64,000 bases of DNA from Candidatus Krumholzibacteriia bacterium (GCA_041484665.1 JBGPIA010000005.1:128001-192000); one strand, 5' to 3'; positions 19,754 to 29,597 are shown, numbered from the stretch's first letter. Notes: generated from the sequence alone by a model not told the origin. Program-made: numbers and translations.

Positions 19754-21655
19754 TCAGCGCAGCGGATTCTCCAGGACGATCTGGCGGACCCACAGCCCGC
19801 GCACACTGGTCTCGCGTCCGGCCAGCGCGCGGAAGCGGTCGAACGCGCGCGAACGTGGAGCCGGCTCTGCGGTGCTCGCCGGCAGCTCTGCGAGCCCCCC
19901 GGTGCCGCGCAGCCTCTCCACCGATGCCGTACCGACTGCGGCATACTCGATCGGTCTGTCCGGCGCGGGTGCTGGCAGCCGGCCGAGGTCGGCCTCCAGC
20001 TCGGGCACCGGCTCGGGGCTCACCACCAGCAGGAAGTACTCGCGGCCACCACGGCTCGTCACGGTCCAGGCCTGCTCATGGCCGGCGATCGTTCCCGGCA
20101 GCACGAACGTCGAATCGGCGGGCAGTGGGTTGTGCATATCGAACCGCGGCTGAGGGAAGAGCAGGAACCGCTCGCCGCGGTCGTCTTCGTTGAGCACGTA
20201 CACCCACGCTGCGCGCGTCGCGCGCACCTCGAGTGAGAGGCGGTCTCCCGGGGAGACCCGGTCCCCCGTCACCAGCCGGAGCGCCGCGCCGGCGTCGCGG
20301 CGCAGGAATGAGGCCTCGGCCGCATAGGTCCCCTCTGCGGCAGCCGGCCCGCCGGCCGCACCGGCCGTGGCCGGCGTGGCAGACGCAACCGGAAATGCGG
20401 CTCTACCCTGCGGGGCAGTTCCACCCGGCGCCGCGTCCCCGCCAGGCGCGTTGGCTGCACCTGGTGAGGTGGCCGGAACGCTTCCGCCGACGTGCGTATC
20501 CACTGGCCCGACACGCGTCCGCCACACGCCGAAGGCCGCGAGGGTAGCGACCACCGCAACCCCCGCGAGCACCCGGGTCCGCCGCGTCGCATGCGGAACG
20601 TGCAGACGGCGCGCCGCCGGGGCAGCGGTCTGCTGCCAGCCCCGCAGCGCGTCCACGAGCAGTTGCGCGCTCACAACGCGCGACTCCGGGACCGGAGCGA
20701 TCGCCCGCTCTACGATCTCGGCGAGCGGCGCAGGCACGTCGGGACGGACCTGGAGCAGCCCGGGCGCGGGACCGCCAGCGGCGGCGGCGCGCAGCTCGGA
20801 GAACGTGCTGGCCACGAACGGATGCCGCCCCGCGAGCGCGAACCACAGCAAGAGGCCCAGCGAGTAGACGTCCGATCGCACGTTCGGGGGCGCCCCCACC
20901 AGCAGCTCGGGCGCCATGTACATCGGCGTGCCCGAGGGCCAGGTCGCTTGCGCCGCGGCGTCGTCCCAGCGCACCCCCAGGCCGAAGTCGGTGAGCACGT
21001 AGCGGCCTTCGGCGTCGCGTACGACGTTGGCGGGCTTAACGTCGCGATGGAGCAGCCCCGCCGTGTGCACCGCGGCCAGCGCCGCGCCGATCTCGACACC
21101 CAGGCGCACTGCCTCGCTCGCAGGCAGCGGCCCGCGGCTGCGCACCTCCCGCTCCAGCGTGGTGCCACGCACGAGCTCCATCCACAGCCCCACGCGGCCG
21201 TCGTGGCGGTCGATCCCGAGGATCGCGACGACGTGGGGATGGCGGATGCGGGCCGCCGCGCGCCCCTCCTCGAGCAACGGGGAATCGCCGGTGTCCGCGG
21301 ACCCACCGCGCGCGTCCGGACGGATCAGCTTCAGCGCGACCTCTCGCAGAAGCTTGGGATCCCAGGCGCGGTAGACGTCTGCGTGGGCGCCCACCCCGAT
21401 GCGCTCGAGCAGCAGGAGCTCGCCCCAGCGCTGGGGCATGCTGCCCGTTTCGCGGCCGCCCGCCCGTGCGATCTCCGACTCGCTGCCGCGCTGGAGGTTG
21501 CGGCTGAAGTCGGCGATGCGGGAAACGTCGCGCAGATTCTCCACCCGGGGCCGCTGCGATGGAGTCGCTCCGCGTACGGCTGAGTCCCAGTCCACGGGCG
21601 TCCCGTCCGCCACGGGCCCCAGGAATTCGTCGAGCGGATCTCGCTCAGCGGGCAT
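19754..21655 (-). CDS. Membrane Ser/Thr protein kinase with a C-terminal DUF4384-like extracytoplasmic domain
   Basis: VALK, HRDVKPAN, TDFG, GTPMYMAPE, SDVYSLG; one TM; GDRLSLEV...WVYVLN...LLFP. Confidence 0.9.
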   Translation of the reverse strand: MPAERDPLDEFLGPVADGTPVDWDSAVRGATPSQRPRVENLRDVSRIADFSRNLQRGSESEIARAGGRETGSMPQRWGELLLLERIGVGAHADVYRAWDPKLLREVALKLIRPDARGGSADTGDSPLLEEGRAAARIRHPHVVAILGIDRHDGRVGLWMELVRGTTLEREVRSRGPLPASEAVRLGVEIGAALAAVHTAGLLHRDVKPANVVRDAEGRYVLTDFGLGVRWDDAAAQATWPSGTPMYMAPELLVGAPPNVRSDVYSLGLLLWFALAGRHPFVASTFSELRAAAAGGPAPGLLQVRPDVPAPLAEIVERAIAPVPESRVVSAQLLVDALRGWQQTAAPAARRLHVPHATRRTRVLAGVAVVATLAAFGVWRTRVGPVDTHVGGSVPATSPGAANAPGGDAAPGGTAPQGRAAFPVASATPATAGAAGGPAAAEGTYAAEASFLRRDAGAALRLVTGDRVSPGDRLSLEVRATRAAWVYVLNEDDRGERFLLFPQPRFDMHNPLPADSTFVLPGTIAGHEQAWTVTSRGGREYFLLVVSPEPVPELEADLGRLPAPAPDRPIEYAAVGTASVERLRGTGGLAELPASTAEPAPRSRAFDRFRALAGRETSVRGLWVRQIVLENPLR

Positions 21656-22256
21656 GGCCCATCGCCTCCGCCAGGCGCCCGAGCGCCCTCTGCACCGCCA
21701 TACGGGCCGCGTCCCGGCTCGGCCGCCCGGTCATCGCTGCGATCTCCTCGTACTCGAAGGCCAGCTCGATTCGTAGGTGCAACAATTCCCCGTCCTCCTC
21801 GTCCAGCTGCGCGAGCCCGCGCTCGAAGCGCTGCAGCACGTCAGCACCGATGGCGTCCTCTAACGGCGAGGGTGCGGGGTCGTGCAGGTCCTCCGGCACG
21901 GCAGCGGACCCATGCCGTCGGGCCGCCCAGCGCACCTGATCTAGAATACGGTTGAGCACGGCCTGGCGAACATACGCCTGGAAGCCCCCGGGACCCCGGA
22001 CCTCGACGCGGTCCAGCCCCTCCAGGGTCCGCAGCAGCGTATCCTGCACCAGGTCGGCCGTATCCAGCAGGGAGCGGGCGAAGACAGGCAGCCGGCCGCT
22101 CGCCCATCGCTGTAGGCGAGGCAGATAGCGGGCCAAAAGCTGCTCGCGGGCGCGCGCGTCGCCCCCCTTGGCAAGCAGCAGCAGATCGCTCGTCGCGACG
22201 AGGGGAGCAGCCCGGTCTGAGCCCGGGGCGTTCCAGGGGGGCGGGTGCGCCGACAA
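21645..22256 (-). CDS. ECF RNA polymerase sigma factor, kinase-associated
   Basis: GDARAREQLLARYLPRL, DLVQ, region 4 YEEIA...AARMAVQRAL.RL; overlaps the kinase start. Confidence 0.9.
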   Translation of the reverse strand: MSAHPPPWNAPGSDRAAPLVATSDLLLLAKGGDARAREQLLARYLPRLQRWASGRLPVFARSLLDTADLVQDTLLRTLEGLDRVEVRGPGGFQAYVRQAVLNRILDQVRWAARRHGSAAVPEDLHDPAPSPLEDAIGADVLQRFERGLAQLDEEDGELLHLRIELAFEYEEIAAMTGRPSRDAARMAVQRALGRLAEAMGHAR

Positions 22257-22442
22257 CAGCGGAGACCTCCAGGTGCCGGAAGCCGAATCGACGCCCCACG
22301 GGCGCCGAGGGGACCCGCGCCGGGCGAGGCTTCTATCATACGCGCACCGGCGATACCGGAAGAAGGCCGCCGGTCGCGCCAGGGTGCTTGGACACTCGGG
22401 CCCGGGAAGAGCGGACGCACCGCGCCGAAGGCGGTGGCGCGC

Positions 22443-23201
22443 TCAGCGCAGCGGCTTCACCTGCGCTCCCGCCGCCTCGAGCCGCGCGCGGACCGCGCGC
22501 GCGATCGCGGGCGAGCCGGGGGTGTCCCCGTGGATGCAGATGGTGTCCGCACGGACCGCGACGGGCGTGCCATTCCAGGCCACCACCCCGCGCCCCGTCA
22601 CGATCCCCAGCGCCTGTTCGGCCGCCTGCGCCGGCTCCGTCACCAGCGCGTCCGGATGGTCACGCCCGCGCAGTCCGCCGTCGGGCTCGTAACGCCGGTC
22701 GGCGAAGGCCTCCGCAGCCACGCGCAGGCCCATCGCTTCCCAGCTGCGGAGCATGGGCGAGCCCGCCAGGCCCACCAGGATGAGCTCCTGGCTCCACCGC
22801 GCGACCGCCCGCGCGATCGCTTCGGCAACGGCATTGTCGCGGCCAGCGGCGTGGTAGAGGGCGCCATGGGGCTTTACGTGGACGAGACTTGCCCCCAGCC
22901 GCGACGCCACCTCTGCGAGCGAGCGGATCTGGGTGAGCACGAATGTCTCGATCTCGGCAGGGCTCACGCGCAGCTCCCGGCGGCCGAAGCCCTCCTGATC
23001 CGGATAGCCGGGGTGTGCACCGACGGCAACCCCGTGCCGCAGCGCGGAGCGGATCGTGTGCTCCATGGTGGACTCATCGCCGGCGTGCCCACCGCAGGCC
23101 ACGTTTGCCGAGGAGACGCATGCCATCAGCGCGTCCTGCGTGCCGTCGCGGATGGCCTCCGGCCGCTCTCCCACGTCGCAATTGAGATCGATGATGGGCA
23201 T
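22443..23201 (-). CDS. pxpA: 5-oxoprolinase subunit A (LamB/YcsF family)
   Basis: IDLNCDVGE, ANVACGGHAGD, GAHPGYPD..GFGRR, HVKPHGALY, EAFADRRY, CIHGD. Confidence 0.95.
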   Translation of the reverse strand: MPIIDLNCDVGERPEAIRDGTQDALMACVSSANVACGGHAGDESTMEHTIRSALRHGVAVGAHPGYPDQEGFGRRELRVSPAEIETFVLTQIRSLAEVASRLGASLVHVKPHGALYHAAGRDNAVAEAIARAVARWSQELILVGLAGSPMLRSWEAMGLRVAAEAFADRRYEPDGGLRGRDHPDALVTEPAQAAEQALGIVTGRGVVAWNGTPVAVRADTICIHGDTPGSPAIARAVRARLEAAGAQVKPLR

Positions 23202-23318
23202 GGGATCAACTCGCCTGCGAGCAGATGATCCGGCCGCTCACGTCCGATGGAGCGATCCTGGCCCGCGCGCCGTCGCGAGCGATCAAGGCGTTCACGGCCG
23301 CCCCGCGGAGGTGACGAC

Positions 23319-24581
23319 TCACGACAATACCTCGCCCCGCGTCTCGGGCAGCAGGAGCATGCACACTGCGCCGAGCAGATAGAAGAGGGATGTCACTGCC
23401 AACGCACTGCCGATACCGAACCGGTCGGCCAGGGCCCCGATCAGCAGCGGGGAGCCAGCGCTCGCAGCGCGGCCGATGTTGTAACAGAACCCCTGCGCGG
23501 TGGCGCGGATCGCCGAGGGGAACAGCTCCGCCAGCAAGGCGCCGAACACGCTGAAGTAGCCGTGCCCGAGGAAGCCGACCAGGGGGCCCAGGATCAGGAG
23601 CGTCGTCTGGCTCCGCGCGCAGAGACCGTACACGGGCACGAGGATCGCGGCCCCGAGCACGAAGGCGAGGAAGACCTTTCGGCGGCCGAACCGGTCGGCC
23701 AGCACTCCAAACAGCGTGTAGCCCAGGAACGCTCCCGCCTGCATCACGATGATCCAGGTCGACGAGCGGACCACCCCCAGCCCGGCGCCGCCGCCCTCGA
23801 CAGGGGACGCCAGGTAGGTGGGAATCCAGGTGAAGAGTCCCCAGTACGCGCAGAGCAGGGCGGTCCCCATGGCGGTGGCCGCCAGCGTCCTGGCGAGCAG
23901 CGGCGGACGGAAGATCGCTGCGGGTGACAGGCGATCGCGTCCGGCGGCCGCGCCTGCGGTCCCCACCGCAGTGCGCTGGCGCGCCCAGATCTCGGGCTCG
24001 GGAACGCTCCTTCGCACCCAGGCCGCGAACAGCGCTGGGAGCACGCCGATCAAAAAAAGCGGCCGCCACCCGTATCGCGGGAGGACCGCCGCGGCAAGTC
24101 CCGCCGCCAGCATGTACCCGATCGCCCAACCCGATTGCATCAGGCCGATGGCCTTGCCCCGGTGCTGCGGCGGCCACGTTTCGGCCACCAACACCGAGCC
24201 TGCGGTCCACTCGGCTCCCAGCCCGATTCCCACGAGCGCGCGCCACAGGATCAGCGCCCCCAACCCGCGCGCGGTGGCGGTTGCCGCCGTGAACACCGAG
24301 TAGACAAGGACGGCAATGACGAGCATCCGGCTGCGGCCGAAACGGTCCGCCAGGACGCCGGCGGCCGCCCCACCCAAGGCCGAGGCGAGCAGGGTAACCG
24401 ACGCGAGAGCGCCCGCGGTCGCGGAGCTTAGCGAGAACTCGGACCGGATCGCGGTCAGCGCGAAGGCGTACAGCATCACGTCCATTGCATCGAGCATCCA
24501 GCCGACCTGGGCCGCGAGCAGCGTCTTCCACTGGAGCGGCGTGATCTCCCGCCTCCAGGTCCGGGGGTGCTCGGGCGTCAT
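23319..24581 (-). CDS. MFS transporter (aromatic acid or sialate-like subfamily)
   Basis: GWMLDAMD, LADRFGR twice, GAEWTAGSVLVAETWP..RG, AELFPSAIRATAQG, LPETRG. Confidence 0.92.
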   Translation of the reverse strand: MTPEHPRTWRREITPLQWKTLLAAQVGWMLDAMDVMLYAFALTAIRSEFSLSSATAGALASVTLLASALGGAAAGVLADRFGRSRMLVIAVLVYSVFTAATATARGLGALILWRALVGIGLGAEWTAGSVLVAETWPPQHRGKAIGLMQSGWAIGYMLAAGLAAAVLPRYGWRPLFLIGVLPALFAAWVRRSVPEPEIWARQRTAVGTAGAAAGRDRLSPAAIFRPPLLARTLAATAMGTALLCAYWGLFTWIPTYLASPVEGGGAGLGVVRSSTWIIVMQAGAFLGYTLFGVLADRFGRRKVFLAFVLGAAILVPVYGLCARSQTTLLILGPLVGFLGHGYFSVFGALLAELFPSAIRATAQGFCYNIGRAASAGSPLLIGALADRFGIGSALAVTSLFYLLGAVCMLLLPETRGEVLS

Positions 24582-25549
24582 GCCGGCTCCAGGGCGTTCG
24601 TCCAGCGTCGTTCCTGCTCGCGGAACGCCGCATGCGCCTGCGCCATGGACACGGGCTCGAACCGCACGCGATTGCGCGGACGCAGTTGGCCCAGGGCGGG
24701 TAGGTCGGCTGCGATCACGTTGGCGATCTTCGGATAGCCTCCCGTCGTCTGCTGCTCGACGAACAGAACGATGGGCTGCCCGCTCTCCGGTAGCTGGACG
24801 GCGCCCAGGCACACGCCCTCGGTGAGCATTTGCCGCGAGCCCGTCGGGATCGGCGCGGGACCCACGAGCCGCAGGCCCATACGATCGGCCTGCTCGGTGA
24901 CCTCGTAGGACGCGCGGTGGAACTCCGCGAGCGACTCAGGGGCGAACCAGTCGGCCTGGGGGCCCTCTGTCACGCGCAGAATACCTCGGAGAATGACCTC
25001 CTCGATCTCACGCGGCGCGATGCTCAGCCGGCGAAGGGGCTCGCCGGGATCGGGACCGATCTCGATCCGATCGCCTCGCCGCAGCGCCCGGCCCTGGAAT
25101 CCGCCAATCCCACTCAACAAATGCGTCGAGACGCTTCCGAGTACGCGAGGGACCTCGACCCCTCCGCGCGCGCACAGGTAGCATCGCGCACCCGAGCGCG
25201 TCGGGCCCAGACGCACGAGCTCACCCACGGCCACGCGCACCGCGGTCCACAAGGGGAGTGGGCGCATGTCGGGGCGCGGTCCTGCGCTCGTGGCCGGACC
25301 TTCGATCGTCGCTTTGAAGGCGGAGCCGGCCAGAGCGACGACCGCTGGCACGTCGGTCTCGAAGGTACCGCCGACGAGAGTCATCTCCAGGGCGCCGGCG
25401 TCCTGCGGGTTGCCGACCAGACGGTTGCCCACGCGCAGCGAGAGCGTATCGGCGGCTCCCGCCGCCGATACGCCGAGGATGCCATGGCCGAAGCGGCCCA
25501 GATCCTGGACCGTCGTCAGAAGGCCGGGCTCGATCACGCGCAGCGCCAT
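24578..25549 (-). CDS. pxpC: 5-oxoprolinase subunit C
   Basis: PGLLTTVQDLGR, NRLVGN, GARCYL, DRMGLRL, QTTGGYPKI. Confidence 0.93.
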   Translation of the reverse strand: MALRVIEPGLLTTVQDLGRFGHGILGVSAAGAADTLSLRVGNRLVGNPQDAGALEMTLVGGTFETDVPAVVALAGSAFKATIEGPATSAGPRPDMRPLPLWTAVRVAVGELVRLGPTRSGARCYLCARGGVEVPRVLGSVSTHLLSGIGGFQGRALRRGDRIEIGPDPGEPLRRLSIAPREIEEVILRGILRVTEGPQADWFAPESLAEFHRASYEVTEQADRMGLRLVGPAPIPTGSRQMLTEGVCLGAVQLPESGQPIVLFVEQQTTGGYPKIANVIAADLPALGQLRPRNRVRFEPVSMAQAHAAFREQERRWTNALEPA

Positions 25550-26245
25550 CTACGCACCATGGCTGGCGAGCAGCCGGAAATCGCGCACGGAGATCGGCGC
25601 GAAGCGGACGCGATCGCCCGGCGCGAGCCGCGCGGGTGGAGCGTGATCGACGCGGAAAAGCTCGAGCGGAGTCCGTCCGACGATTCGCCAGCCCCCGGGC
25701 GTGGCGAACGGGTAGATGCCCGCCTGCGCGCCTCCAATGGCGACGCTTCCGGCCGGAACTCTCCGGCGCGGGACGGTGAGCCGGGGCGTGGCAATGATCT
25801 CCGGCAACCCGCCCAGGTACGGGAAGCCCGGAACGAAGCCGAGGAAGTGGACAACGTACTCGGCGCAGGAGTGCAGGCGCACCACGTCGTGGGTCGAGAG
25901 TTCGTGCAGGCGCGCGACGTCCTCGAGATCGGGCGCGAACTCGGCCTCGTAGCACACGGGCAGTTCGACTAGACGCCGTTGCGGCTGCGTGCGCTCCGTG
26001 GCGTGGGTGAGGGCCTGGCGCACATCGGATTCGAACCGACCGGGCTCGGCCGATCTGGGGTCGAAGACAGCCAGAATGGACGCGTACGCAGGGTGCAGGT
26101 TGAGCAGACCGGGAATCCGGGCATCCCGGAGCGTCTCGAGCGCCGACAGCACCCGGCCCTGGACCTCCGTGGAGACCTCGTCACCGAGCGTCACGAGAAG
26201 GCCCCGATCGCTCGCCCAGCGGTATGTGGGCTCCAGGAGGCTCAC
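25550..26245 (-). CDS. pxpB: 5-oxoprolinase subunit B
   Basis: PAYAS, ELPVCY...PDL, LGFVPGFPYL, GSVAIGG.QAGIYP..TPGGW.IVGRT. Confidence 0.93.
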   Translation of the reverse strand: MSLLEPTYRWASDRGLLVTLGDEVSTEVQGRVLSALETLRDARIPGLLNLHPAYASILAVFDPRSAEPGRFESDVRQALTHATERTQPQRRLVELPVCYEAEFAPDLEDVARLHELSTHDVVRLHSCAEYVVHFLGFVPGFPYLGGLPEIIATPRLTVPRRRVPAGSVAIGGAQAGIYPFATPGGWRIVGRTPLELFRVDHAPPARLAPGDRVRFAPISVRDFRLLASHGA

Positions 26246-26333
26246 GCGCAGGAGTGTACCGCAAGGGGGGAGCGATTGCCGATCACGCGGGGGCGGAGAC
26301 TTTGGTGGCGCGCGGGCGCGCTGCCCCACAACT

Positions 26334-26810
26334 TCAGGGCCCGCCGTCCGGGCCGCTTGGGCGGGAAGCACGCAGGCGCTCGAGGGAGGCGCCGGCCTGC
26401 GGCAGCAGCGCCGACTTGGGGAACTGCGCCTCGAACAGCTCCAGCCGCGCGACGGCGTGGTCCACATCGCGTTGCGGATTGAGCAGGTTACCCTCGGCCT
26501 CGGCCCAGCGCAGCAGCGCCTCGGCGCGCACCTCCTCGGGCACGCCCTGCTTCTGGTGGAGGGAATGAAAGAGCGAGATGGAGTCCCCGCACCGACCGTC
26601 GCGCGCAAGAGCCTTGGCGCGCGTCAGCTCGGCCTGCGCGGCAGTGCGGTGGAGCGTGAGCGCAGTGTTCTCGCTGGCGGTCCGCTCTCCGAGGGCATCC
26701 TCGCCCTCGTGGTAGCTGCGGTCGACGGTCGTGCGGGAGCCGCACCCCGACGCGAGGAGCGCGATCAAGGCAACGGCGAGCCCCAAGGACACGAGACGGC
26801 AGCGGTCCAT
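26334..26810 (-). CDS. Hypothetical lipoprotein with TPR-like helices
   Basis: Lipobox LASGC; AEALLRWA...AVARLELFEAQFPKS resembles TPR/YbgF-type repeats. Confidence 0.65.
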   Translation of the reverse strand: MDRCRLVSLGLAVALIALLASGCGSRTTVDRSYHEGEDALGERTASENTALTLHRTAAQAELTRAKALARDGRCGDSISLFHSLHQKQGVPEEVRAEALLRWAEAEGNLLNPQRDVDHAVARLELFEAQFPKSALLPQAGASLERLRASRPSGPDGGP

Positions 26811-27020
26811 GCTGGCCTCGCTTCGCACGACGGGGGCGCCAAGAGAGTGGCGCCGAGACGACAGTGGGGGCGCTTGGAAAGCTGGGGGCGCAAGAGAGGA
26901 TCGCGCCGCCGCCGCTCCAAGCCCAGCGGCGGTCGCGTGCTAACCTGGGCCTCCCCCGGACGTCTTCCAGACAGCAAGCGTCGCCCTGCGATCGACGCAC
27001 CTTCCCATCGGGAGGTTGCC

Positions 27021-27782
27021 ATGATCGCTCCGCTGGGCTCGTTCGCGGTCCCCGCCGTCCGTCCACCCGAAGCGGCGACCACCGCCGCGCAGACTGCCGC
27101 CCGCGCCGCCGCGCTCGCTGCCACTCGTGCCCCGCTGGCGGCCACTCACGCCGCGCTCGCTGCCACTCGTGCCCCGCAGGCTGGCACTCGCGCCGCGCTC
27201 GCGGCAGCCATGGTCATCGCGCTTGCCACCGCCGTGCTCGTCGTGCTGGCGGCCACGCCGGCCAGCGCCAGCGCCGATCCCGAAGTGCTCCGCCTGCTCG
27301 ACGCCGCCCGCGAGGCGTACGCCAGCGGCGAACAACACGCCGCCCTGCTCCACATGGAGCAGGCCCGGGCTCGGATCGAGGCGCAGGCGCGCAGCGTGAG
27401 CGCCGGCGTCCTGCAGAACCTGGCAATCCTCCACGAGAATCTCGCGCGCTACCGGCTCTGCGCCCACGGTCGCTCGCCCGATCTCAACGCAACCTACCAG
27501 ACGACCGTGGAGCTCCTGCTGGTCGTCGAGGGTGCGTACCAACAGCCCCGGAGGCCCTCACACTCCGGCCGGTGGCAGATCGACTTCGACATCGACGGGC
27601 GCCTCCAGCGGATCGGCGAGATGGACGTGGAGTACGTACCCTTCTCGGACCGCATCCGCCGGCTGGGTCCAATCGAGATCGAGTATCAGCCGTTCAGTGA
27701 GGTGCCGCGCCGCATCGGGTGCATCGAGTTCCGTTGGGTTTTCGGCGAGCTGTGGGAGGTAGCCGGCGAAAGTGTGCGGTAG
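27021..27782 (+). CDS. Hypothetical exported protein with N-terminal Ala-rich repeats and C-terminal RIG..(I/V)EY repeats
   Basis: SD GGAGG; hydrophobic signal ending ASA; an internal ATG near 27210 is an alternative start. Confidence 0.65.
   Translation: MIAPLGSFAVPAVRPPEAATTAAQTAARAAALAATRAPLAATHAALAATRAPQAGTRAALAAAMVIALATAVLVVLAATPASASADPEVLRLLDAAREAYASGEQHAALLHMEQARARIEAQARSVSAGVLQNLAILHENLARYRLCAHGRSPDLNATYQTTVELLLVVEGAYQQPRRPSHSGRWQIDFDIDGRLQRIGEMDVEYVPFSDRIRRLGPIEIEYQPFSEVPRRIGCIEFRWVFGELWEVAGESVR
27108..27207 (+). repeat. 42-bp tandem repeat, about 2.4 copies (AALAATRAPxAxTx)
   Basis: GCCGCGCTCGCTGCCACTCGTGCCCCGC present twice, plus a partial third copy. Confidence 0.75.
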
Positions 27783-28002
27783 GCGCTGGGGGCGAGCCGT
27801 TCGATCGCCGCGCGGCCCGGCTCCAATCAAAGCCCCTGCGCGGGACGCGGCGAGGCAGGCGCTGCTAGGCTGCGGATCGCGCTCGCACGCGCGGTTAGAT
27901 GCTTGGCCTCGCCGGAGCGGCCAGCCCGCGAGGCAGCCGGCGACGAACCCTGCAGCTCGAAGTACACTCTGCCCTCCACCCGGGCCAGGAGGGGAGACGA
28001 GC

Positions 28003-29250
28003 GTGCCACGCTTCCAGCAGTTCTTTCGATCGCTGCGCGAGCTCAGCCGGTCGTTCTGGACGGCGAACGTCTCGGAGCTGTTCGAGCGGATCGCCTTCTA
28101 CGGAATGACGCCCGTGCTCGTCCCGTATCTCACGCAGGTCCGCGGCTTCGAGGCCGGCACTGCGATCCGCTTGAGCGGCAACTTCGGTCTGGTCGTGTAC
28201 GGCCTGCCCGTGCTGTCGGGATTCCTGGCCGACCTGCTGGGTTACCGGCGCGCGATGATGCTGGCTTACGGGGTGCTGGCAGCGGGCTACCTGCTGCTGG
28301 GCCGCGCAGGCGGCTTCACCGCCGTGGCCGGATCGCTGCTCCTGATCGCGCTGGGCGCCTCATTGATCAAGCCCACGATCACGGGCACCACCCAGCGCAC
28401 GTGCAGCGAGACGCTGCGGCCGCTGGGCTTCTCCATCTACTACACACTCGTGAACATCGGCGGCTTCCTCGGCCCGAACATCTCGGGGCAGGTCTCCGCG
28501 GCCTTCGGTCCCAGCAGCGTCTTCTGGACGAGCGCCGCGGCGGTGGCCGCCGCGCTGGTGCTCGTGTTGGTGATGTTCCGCGAGCCACCCGCCCCCGAGG
28601 GCGTGACCGAGAAGAAGCGGCTCGGCAGCTTCCTGGCAGACTTCGCCCGGGTGGTGACCAACCCGCGGCTGGTCGTGCTGTTCCTGCTGGTGGCGGGCTT
28701 CTGGAGCCTGTTCTTCCAGTTCTACGGCGCCTTCACGCTGTACATGACTCGCGACCTCGGCCTTTCGCAGCTGCAGGCCAATCGGATCATCTCGCTGGAC
28801 GCGCTGGCCATCATCCTGTTCCAGGTGGTCGTGGGCTACCTCGTGCGCAAGCTGGCGACCTCGCGGGCGGTGTGGATCGCGGCTCTGGTGGCCTCAGGCG
28901 GCATCGCGGTCATCGGGCTGCGCGCGTCGTGGACCACCGCCGCGGCGGGCGTGCTGATCTTCTCCGTCGGTGAAATGATCTACTCGGCGCATTTCTACGC
29001 GTACCTCGGGAAACTCGCCCCTCCCGGGCAGGTCGGGATGTACATGGGCTTTGCCTTCCTGCCGATCGCGCTCGGCAGCTTCCTGTCCGGCCAGATCGGC
29101 GGACCCGTCTCGTCGTACTTCCGCGACACGGTGGGCGAGCCCCGGCTGATGTGGTTCGCCTTTGCGGCGGTGGGCCTGGTCTCGGCGCTGGGGCTGGCGC
29201 TGCTGTCCCGCGTTGCAGAGCGGAAGGAGGCGGTCTCGGGGCGGGGCTAG
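28003..29250 (+). CDS. MFS transporter, POT-like peptide transporter
   Basis: ELFERIAFYG (ExxER), IKPTI, SIYYTLVNIGG, GEM; about 12 TMs. Confidence 0.88.
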   Translation: MPRFQQFFRSLRELSRSFWTANVSELFERIAFYGMTPVLVPYLTQVRGFEAGTAIRLSGNFGLVVYGLPVLSGFLADLLGYRRAMMLAYGVLAAGYLLLGRAGGFTAVAGSLLLIALGASLIKPTITGTTQRTCSETLRPLGFSIYYTLVNIGGFLGPNISGQVSAAFGPSSVFWTSAAAVAAALVLVLVMFREPPAPEGVTEKKRLGSFLADFARVVTNPRLVVLFLLVAGFWSLFFQFYGAFTLYMTRDLGLSQLQANRIISLDALAIILFQVVVGYLVRKLATSRAVWIAALVASGGIAVIGLRASWTTAAAGVLIFSVGEMIYSAHFYAYLGKLAPPGQVGMYMGFAFLPIALGSFLSGQIGGPVSSYFRDTVGEPRLMWFAFAAVGLVSALGLALLSRVAERKEAVSGRG

Positions 29251-29597
29251 GTCGTTTCGAGGGAGAACGCCGCGATTGCGTCGGCCTCGCTGTCGTAGAC
29301 CTCGAAGATGTTCCGCAGGTCGATCGTGAAGAAGACTTCGTCCACGCGCGGATTCAGGCCAGTGAACTTGAGCCGTCCGCCACAGCGGCGGAAGACGAAG
29401 AAGGCGCGCACGAGCGCGCCCACGCCCGTGCTATCGATCCACGGGACGTCCTCCATGTTCACGATGACATCGAGATTGGACTGCAGGGCGAGCTCGTCGA
29501 GCCTGTCGTGCAGCAGCGCGTACTCATCCGGTCCGGCCATCTTGCCATGCAGGTGCAGGACGACCACCCGACCGGCGCGCTTGGTGTCGATCCGCAT
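29247..29597 (-). CDS. STAS-domain anti-sigma factor antagonist
   Basis: VVVLHLHG, V.WIDSTGVGALV (phosphorylatable Ser), IFEVYDSE..A. Confidence 0.88.
   Translation of the reverse strand: MRIDTKRAGRVVVLHLHGKMAGPDEYALLHDRLDELALQSNLDVIVNMEDVPWIDSTGVGALVRAFFVFRRCGGRLKFTGLNPRVDEVFFTIDLRNIFEVYDSEADAIAAFSLETT

Noticed and set aside
25989..27020. Long N-terminal extensions given by the ORF track (also ORFs starting at 590, 10038, 12147 and 51171)
   Set aside because: They overlap other real genes; better starts with SD sequences or family-consistent N-termini exist downstream
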